60,018 nucleotides of DNA from a bacterium. GTDB taxonomy: Bacteria; Margulisbacteria; Marinamargulisbacteria; JABIPA01. Position numbers and translations under genes: made by a program. Position 1 is the stretch's first letter. Each line of letters opens with the position of its first letter. The notes beneath the pieces were generated by a model. It worked only from the letters and a program-made list of their open reading frames with translations. It was not told the origin of the DNA and made no database searches. The stretch lies in NCBI GenBank assembly GCA_018699495.1, contig JABIQV010000001.1:1-60018 (forward strand). Direction: 5' to 3'. Shown in pieces: positions 53,104-60,018 of the stretch.

Positions 53104-54300
53104 ATGACAGTAGGTAACCCACTATTACACAAATCTATGGTGTCTTGTAAAAGAAAAAATATTCTATCTCCAGATATATTAAATAAAATATCAACACCTG
53201 CCTACGTAATCGACGAATACCTATTAGAAAAAAATCTGAAAATTCTTTCTTATATCCAAAACTCAACTAATTGCAAAATTCTACTCGCACTTAAGGCCTT
53301 TTCAACGTCTGCCTGTTTCCCGTTAATTAAAAAATATCTTTCTGGAGTAACGGCAAGTTCTTTAAACGAAGCTAAACTAGGATCAGAGGAATTTGGGAAA
53401 AATGTTCATGTTTACGCGCCTGCTTACACACCACAAATTTTTAAGAAGCTACTGAAATATTCAAGTCATATCGTTATGAACTCATTCACTCAATGGAAAC
53501 GATTAAAACACCTAGCTGTTTTTAGCGAAAATCTTGAAATAGGAATACGAGTAAACCCGCACTATTCAGAGGTGGCAAATGCCAAATATAACCCTTGCTC
53601 GACCAATTCCAGATTTGGAGTGAGTTCAGATACTTTAAAAAATGAAAGCCTAGACGGAATTTCAGGATTACATTTTCATGCTTTATGTCAACAACCCTTT
53701 GATGTCTTAGAAAGAGTATGGACTCAAATCGAATCGAAATTTGAGAAAGCTCTCTACCAATTACGTTGGGTAAACCTGGGTGGAGGCCATTATTTGACTC
53801 ATCCAGAGTATGATGTAAAAAAACTCATAACATTTATTAATAAAATTCAAAACAAATTTGATATCTCTGTGTATATGGAGCCAGGAGAGGCTGTAGTATA
53901 TAACTCTGGATTCTTGGTAACATCAATATTGGATTTGGGCGATATAAATCCTTCATACGCAATAGTAGATGCATCTGCCTCAGCTCACATGCCGGACATT
54001 CTCGAAATGCCATATAGACCTACACTACTCAACGAAAGCCCTATGTCCAGTTCTACTTTTAAGTATTCAATAGGTGGTCCAACTTGTTTATCTGGCGATA
54101 TTATTGGGGATTACTCATTCGAAAAAAAACTGAAAATTGGAGACAAATTAGTACTAACCGATATGGCACAATATACGATTGTCAAAAATACAACATTTAA
54201 TGGAATAGAGTTGCCCTCTATCCACCTATTAAAAACTGACGGGGAGTTAAAACTCATCAAAAAATTTAATTATGCCGATTTCAAATCTAGAGTTGGGTAA
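53104..54300 (+). CDS. nspC: Carboxy(nor)spermidine decarboxylase
   Basis: ALKAF, ASSLNEA, YNPC...SRFG, HFHALC, GGGH, EPGEA, HMPDILEMPYRP, CLSGD, YTIVKNTTFNG. Confidence 0.95.
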   Translation: MTVGNPLLHKSMVSCKRKNILSPDILNKISTPAYVIDEYLLEKNLKILSYIQNSTNCKILLALKAFSTSACFPLIKKYLSGVTASSLNEAKLGSEEFGKNVHVYAPAYTPQIFKKLLKYSSHIVMNSFTQWKRLKHLAVFSENLEIGIRVNPHYSEVANAKYNPCSTNSRFGVSSDTLKNESLDGISGLHFHALCQQPFDVLERVWTQIESKFEKALYQLRWVNLGGGHYLTHPEYDVKKLITFINKIQNKFDISVYMEPGEAVVYNSGFLVTSILDLGDINPSYAIVDASASAHMPDILEMPYRPTLLNESPMSSSTFKYSIGGPTCLSGDIIGDYSFEKKLKIGDKLVLTDMAQYTIVKNTTFNGIELPSIHLLKTDGELKLIKKFNYADFKSRVG

Positions 54301-55680
54301 TTTCATTTGTTAAACGAATTAAATGGATTCGTTTTAAAAATTTTATGAAGCAAGTCAATTTAACAATACTGGCGAAAGATTAAAAATAGGTTGGATTACT
54401 ATATCCCTGTCTAGATCCGAAATAAGTAGGAAAAAATTTTCCTACACATTACTACCTGCTCTTTGTCATTTCAGCGATTTTTTGTTTACCCTGAGTCCGC
54501 ATAGTTACAGCCCATTCCAAGCCAATATAAAACTCATTTTTAACCATTACGTCTGACAGAACCATTTCTCCCAAGTAAACTCCCCACCTTATTTTTAAAA
54601 ATGTTAAGGATTTCACATCACTCCTCTTAAAAAGGAGCCCTTAAATTATATTTATCCATATCAAGGAAACCGGTTGCACATATGGTATTTTCGTCAACCA
54701 TACACGAAGAACTTTCTTCAACGGCCCTATCTTGAATTAACGAAGCGTTGAATTATTTATTTGGGGATTTCTTATTGTTTTGGAAATGGAGACCGCCAAC
54801 ATTTATAATTAGAATAAGCGGTAAAAACGTTGCTCCTGGCGAGCGTTACGCCATCTTCAATCTTTAAGATACCTGGTATCACTAGTGTCACAAAGAGTAT
54901 GGAGGTTTAACTGTAGAAAAAATCTCTCGACCTTCATAACTGGCTAATTTGAAAGAAATGCCGCACAAAGTCCCAATTTTTCTTTTTCAGACCGTCCCAT
55001 ATAATAATATCCTCTACTATCAGAATCTGAATTCTAAAAGAAACTACGATTTCAACAAACCCATCACATCGAAGTACATGCCTAGTTCCCAAATAAAACC
55101 AACCGAATCAACCCCCTCGTCATTCTTTTTGTGGCTTCATTCACTCCCTATATGCTTATTTCTTCTATTTATGTTTAAGCACTTGCATCTAATTTTAAAA
55201 GAAGTAGAAAACGTTCCACCGCTGGATAAACAATATGTCGCCTCCCGTATAAATCGAATGTACTAAGCTTTCCTCCAAGTTATAATCCTCTGTTTGTCTC
55301 ATCCATTTCTTTATCTAATTGGTCTAAATCTTGACATAAAAGCCGAAAAGACAGGATTGTCGGGATACCCATTCGGGAAACATTTCCCAGTCCATTTCCA
55401 AACTCATATCTTCAGTCATTAGGATCACTCTGACCCCTAATGCTTAATAATTCTTTGCCGAAGACTAAACAGAACATATTTAAATTTGAGAAAATGGAAC
55501 CCATTTTGTCGGTTACAAAAGCTGGTCAAGACTCATTATTAAAAATACACAGGCTTACTTACAATCCGACCTAAGAAATTGCATTTGTACAAATACGAGA
55601 AGCACCTATTTACTCGCGTGTTCAGACGTTTCATTATTTATACTCTCTATTCAACATCACATTAGTGAAAATTATCTAAT

Positions 55681-56703
55681 TCAAATTAACCCTTGTGATC
55701 GTGCCATGTATCCACATAACTTATATAATACTCTAGAAGCCACAATCATATTAATTGTATGCTCATTTCCTGAAATTTCTACTAAATCAGCCCCCACAAT
55801 GGTTTTACCCTGTCTTACAAGTAATTCAATTAAATAAAAAATATGTTCGACCGAAAGACCTCCTGGAACCGGAGTTCCTGTATCCGGACATAAACTAGGC
55901 ATCAACACGTCTATATCAAAGCTAATATATAATTTTTCTTTACATTGCTCTGTGATTTCAAGGCAAATGTCATGCCATGTGCGACCTCTATACAGTGACG
56001 ACTTAATTGCCCTATCTGTAAATAACGACACTTTATCGTGATGTTTGGTAGCATATTCCAGCTCTTCTTCAGAAAACGCCCTAGCCCCAACTTGTACCAA
56101 ATTTAATTCGTCATTTTTTTGGAGACAATTAAAAATGACTGACGCGTGAGACCCCTCAAATCCTTCATAATCTTCCCTCATATCCAAATGCGCATCTAAA
56201 TGAAGTATCGAAAAGCTCTTGTATTTATTAGAAGTTGCCTTTATAAAAGATTCGGACACGCTATGATCACCACCCAATCCAATAACGAATTTTCCATGTT
56301 CAAATAAGCGCTCTATTCGAGATAATACCTCTGAAAAAAACTCCTCAGACTGTGCATTTACATATTTTAAATGAAAAGCATGGGAGTTGATGTCATCGCC
56401 ATCTTCTAATCCAGAAATTATCTTCTTAGAAACATAGGAAAGTCGGTCATTCCATGCGACCCAGGAAGCTGCTACCTTTTCACAAAATATCCCAGCCTTC
56501 CAAATATTGCCCAAGTATTCGTCATATATTTCTATCTGAGAAGATGAAATTTTTAGCGATTCTGGACCCATCGACGTTCCTCTTCTATAACTTGTCGTGA
56601 CATCCCAAGGAACAGGTAAAATGACAATATTAGAAGCATCAAAGTCACAATCAAGTCCGAAAATGTTAGAGTTACTTAAACTAATATCGCTTGGATTTTT
56701 CAT
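55681..56703 (-). CDS. speB: Agmatinase (ureohydrolase family); probable start ATG 56703
   Basis: PWDVTTSY, GGDHS, DAHLD, SHAS, SFDID, TGTPVPGG, DLVE. Confidence 0.9.
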   Translation of the reverse strand: MKNPSDISLSNSNIFGLDCDFDASNIVILPVPWDVTTSYRRGTSMGPESLKISSSQIEIYDEYLGNIWKAGIFCEKVAASWVAWNDRLSYVSKKIISGLEDGDDINSHAFHLKYVNAQSEEFFSEVLSRIERLFEHGKFVIGLGGDHSVSESFIKATSNKYKSFSILHLDAHLDMREDYEGFEGSHASVIFNCLQKNDELNLVQVGARAFSEEELEYATKHHDKVSLFTDRAIKSSLYRGRTWHDICLEITEQCKEKLYISFDIDVLMPSLCPDTGTPVPGGLSVEHIFYLIELLVRQGKTIVGADLVEISGNEHTINMIVASRVLYKLCGYMARSQGLI

Positions 56704-56707
56704 ATTC

Positions 56708-58168
56708 TTATTTAATAATTCGCCAAACTTCAAACTTCCCATAAGACTTAGAGTTAATAGTCTCAATTAATGAGTACTCTCCGGTACTGTTTCCTTTTTT
56801 GAAATTCGACTCTGGAATAGGTATTCTTGAAACTCCTCCTAAATTACTAGCCATGCTGTTAAATTCAGAGTTGTCATTTAAAATATAAAGACTAGTCCCA
56901 TTCGGCACATTATCTTTAGATGGTAAATCTGTGCCATATTGGGCCTCATCTTTAAACCAAAACCAAAAATAATGACGATCAACAAATAGATGATCGTATG
57001 GCGGTAACACGCTAACTAGGTTTTTCTTTAGCTTACTGTAATCTTCATTACCGCGATTCATCCACAATAAAAAGGCGTTGCCTGACAAACTATATCCGGC
57101 GTAAATAAAAAGCAAAAATACTATCCGAGGAAATTTTATCCTCAAACTATCAACAAATAGTCCCATCAGTAATATAACTGCTGGAATTAATAACGTGTAG
57201 TATGGCCTTAATAGCGGCTGGAATACTAATAGTAATATTGAAAAATATAGTAACGTAATAAGAGAGAGAAAAAACGCGAACTGATTCCTTCTAAGCTGAC
57301 AAATACCCCATCCTATAACGACGCATTCAATCCCTACAAGAAGAGCCCTCTTTGCGCCCATCATATACCCCTCGTAAATCCAAGCAATATTTGTAAAAAA
57401 CCCGTTTAAGACAGATATCCCAGGAATTCTGTCATTTCCGAACACTGCGCCTACCCATTCGACCGGAGCATAGATACTCCAAAATCTAAAATAAAGGATA
57501 ACTAAAAGTGCGGATGGAAGATGTCCTAAAATAAACGGAACCAGAGACCTTGCTAAGATTCTATTTTTAAAAAGCAGAAACATCCAACCAACCATGAAAG
57601 ACAAATAGAAAATGATACATATCGGATGGATTAAGGAAAATAACGATAATGAGAGTCCCAACAAAAAAACATGTTTATGTCGTAACAGCCCTACGTATGT
57701 AGTCGCAAAAAACAAGGCAAAAAGGCAAAACATGAGCGCTAAACTCTCTGGTCGCACAATTCTATGGGCAATAAACACAATATTAGAGAATACAAAACTT
57801 GCTACAGTCCCAACTATTACTATCCGTGACTTAAGTGTTTTGATACACAAGTTGGAAAACAAAAAAACAGAGACTAACCCGAAAAGAATGTTGATTTTTC
57901 TAAAGCCATACAAAGTTGATGGAATAAATTTCAAAAGAGGCCCAACCACTCCTGGATAAAGAAAAAACTCTTGCCCGCTATACCCGGTTAAATAATTGAA
58001 GAATTTAAAATTGTTAGAAAATGAATAAGCCGTATTCGCGTACATGGGCTCATCATATAAAACAGTGGGAAACAGTTTCAAATTGTAAAGGGATACGATA
58101 GAAAAAACTAAAAGAAAAAAGGAAATTAGATACTTTTTAAAACTCTCGTCTGATATTTTGATGACCAT
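56708..58168 (-). CDS. GT-C fold membrane glycosyltransferase (ArnT/PMT-like); probable start ATG 58168
   Basis: YDEPMY in the first loop, about 11-13 TMs, RPE and HP motifs, soluble C-terminal domain. Confidence 0.75.
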   Translation of the reverse strand: MVIKISDESFKKYLISFFLLVFSIVSLYNLKLFPTVLYDEPMYANTAYSFSNNFKFFNYLTGYSGQEFFLYPGVVGPLLKFIPSTLYGFRKINILFGLVSVFLFSNLCIKTLKSRIVIVGTVASFVFSNIVFIAHRIVRPESLALMFCLFALFFATTYVGLLRHKHVFLLGLSLSLFSLIHPICIIFYLSFMVGWMFLLFKNRILARSLVPFILGHLPSALLVILYFRFWSIYAPVEWVGAVFGNDRIPGISVLNGFFTNIAWIYEGYMMGAKRALLVGIECVVIGWGICQLRRNQFAFFLSLITLLYFSILLLVFQPLLRPYYTLLIPAVILLMGLFVDSLRIKFPRIVFLLFIYAGYSLSGNAFLLWMNRGNEDYSKLKKNLVSVLPPYDHLFVDRHYFWFWFKDEAQYGTDLPSKDNVPNGTSLYILNDNSEFNSMASNLGGVSRIPIPESNFKKGNSTGEYSLIETINSKSYGKFEVWRIIK

Positions 58169-58998
58169 CTTCAAAATTTAGCATATATTATGTTTATCAA
58201 AAAGAATTTTGTTGCAAAGACAATTAATTCCACACCCAAACAACCAAGTAAAACCGAAAAACCAATTTAACAAATACACTTCACTAAGACTATAATTCTG
58301 AGATACATAACAGGATCAACTCTCCTATGAGGTACAAAACATTTCACTACTTGTTACACAGATGTCCCCTACCTTTGCCAAATTTGACGACCGTAATGAT
58401 ATTATGACAATCATATTGTAAAATAAATATCGATTAAATAGGAAAAATAGCCTCGCCACGCAAAAACGCCTTGACAATCAACTCGGGAATTTTGATACTT
58501 AACCGGCCAAAACTAAGACACACCTAAAAATCCAAAACATCTTCACCCTTCGAATATTTCTTTTTTCTATAACTAAACCAAAAAAACAAAATAAGCATAG
58601 GGTTAGCAGAATGACATAATTAGTCCTCATTGTCCCCTTACATGAAATCACTTAGTCCGAGAGATAAGTCCAAAAGACAAACCTATCCATGTAATGCTTG
58701 CCAAGAAACAGAAGCTAATGAAAAGTTCCAAAAAAAGATGCCAGATAATGAAATAAAAACATCTTTAGGGATTTGCACCATAAATTTAGCCAAACGATGG
58801 GTTAGTTAGGAAAACAAATATAGGATGTTTCAAATGAACTGACAAAGCTTCGATATCTTTAGTGCTAGTTCCAGCTTTAAAAAGATAAAACAGGGTCTTA
58901 TGTGGCGGGCCATGTGGGACGATGTAAGAACCTTCTACCTTGAATCGGATGAGAGTTTTAGAGTCCCAAACTATGGCGAAGTATTCGTGATTTGATAT

Positions 58999-59712
58999 TT
59001 AAGAACAATTAACATTGCAACTAGCTACGAATTCATCATCAGAACTTTTGGATAAAAATTCTCAAATTTGCTTGCCGGCTTCTATGGGTGTTTTTACTGT
59101 ATTGGTATCAACAAAGTGTTGGTAGTCAGGTTGGTCTGGAAATTCATCAATTGATTTTGATACGGCACTCTGGAATATGTCCGTTTGAACAGCACCTGGA
59201 TAAAAAATCCCAACCTTCAGATTTTCATTTTCTTTTTTTAAACAACGGGCGGCCATTAATTGTGCCGCTTTGCCAATACTGTATACACTCCAATGGGACC
59301 GAGGGGTTTGCGATGAATAGGATCCAATAAATAAAATGCGTGTTTTGTGTAAACGACATGATAGGGATTGAAGTAGTTTTAGTGGCGCAACTACATCAAG
59401 TGCAAAGGCTTGTTCAAGGTCCTCTAATGGAATATTAAGCAATGAAGAAAATGGCCCGGCTTGACCTGCACAAATGACAATGTAATCAATGTTTTTAACG
59501 GTGCTATAGTGTTTGTGAATTTGACTGTATGAATTGGGAATGGTCACATCTAATGGTAAGGTTTCAATTAAGTTGTTTTCCTATTTGAGTTTACAAAGGT
59601 TGTTTTCTCTCCGAGAAATCCCAAGAACTTGAATTGATTCACGAGCCAAGTCAAGAGACATAGCGCACCCAATTCCTGAACTTGCACCCGTAACAAGGGC
59701 ATGTTTAGTCAT
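58999..59712 (-). pseudogene. Short-chain dehydrogenase/reductase interrupted by two in-frame stops
   Basis: ATG 59712 MTKHALVTGASSGIG..., TAG at 59583-59581, the frame continues through CAG and YSIGK, TGA at 59064-59062, then EFLSKSSDDEFVAS to TAA 58999. Confidence 0.8.
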
Positions 59713-59782
59713 CTATATAGTATAACCTAGATCCCTTTATTCTTTAATAAAAAGTGACAGTTTGCATAGTGAAAAAATGTAA

Positions 59783-59872
59783 TGGCGGAAAGGGTGGGAT
59801 TCGAACCCACGATGCCATTGCTAACATACACGCGTTCCAGGCGTGCTCCTTAAACCACTCGGACACCTTTCC
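59783..59872 (-). tRNA. tRNA-Ser(GGA)
   Basis: GGAAAGG...CACGC CT GGA AC GCGTG, long variable arm, GGTTCGAATCC, GCCA end. Confidence 0.96.
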
Positions 59873-59938
59873 TAACAAAAAACGACTGCAAAAATTGAAA
59901 AACTTAAAAATGAATGCTTTATACTCGGTCCTTAATTT

Positions 59939-60014
59939 TGGTGGAGGTAACCGGGATCGAACCGATGACCTTCTGCGTGCAAGGCAGACGCTCTCCCAAC
60001 TGAGCTATACCCCC
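59939..60014 (-). tRNA. tRNA-Ala(TGC)
   Basis: GGGGGTATAGCTCAG...TCTGC CT TGC AC GCAGA...TACCTCCACCA; G3:U70 pair. Confidence 0.96.
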
Positions 60015-60018
60015 AAAA

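Noticed and set aside
54949-55266. 105-aa ORF in the large gap (and the 67-aa ORF at 47838-48041)
   Set aside because: No motifs or convincing RBS; this length can occur by chance.

Overview
AT-rich bacterial chromosomal segment, mostly housekeeping, with no recognisable mobile element, integrase or CRISPR array. The combination of sepF-yggS, outer-membrane beta-barrel genes and divergent flagellar export genes fits a diderm Terrabacterium, possibly Ca. Margulisbacteria; this is an inference, not a database result. The window holds core genes (sepF, yggS, ClpX-like ATPase, tpiA, folD, leuA, uvrC, rpsF-ssb-ssb-rpsR-rplI, ruvB, hisB, ftsH, rsmI, tatD, alr, smpB, queC, nadB, glpK), four tRNAs, a 23S-5S rRNA unit with no 16S, and the alternative spermidine pathway. 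The most unusual items are these. (1) A 10.6 kb divergent flagellar-type III export operon: it starts with a CofG-like radical SAM gene, has a ParA gene between fliM and fliN, a FliM without the CheY-binding peptide, a FlhB with NPVY in place of NPTH, and a FliA-like sigma lacking region 3. (2) A full-length membrane pyrophosphatase homologue that has lost nearly all catalytic residues. (3) An integrin-like FG-GAP surface protein with a T9SS/FlgD-like C-terminal domain, flanked by two PorV-like beta-barrel genes. (4) Several apparently leaderless genes and two probable ATT starts.
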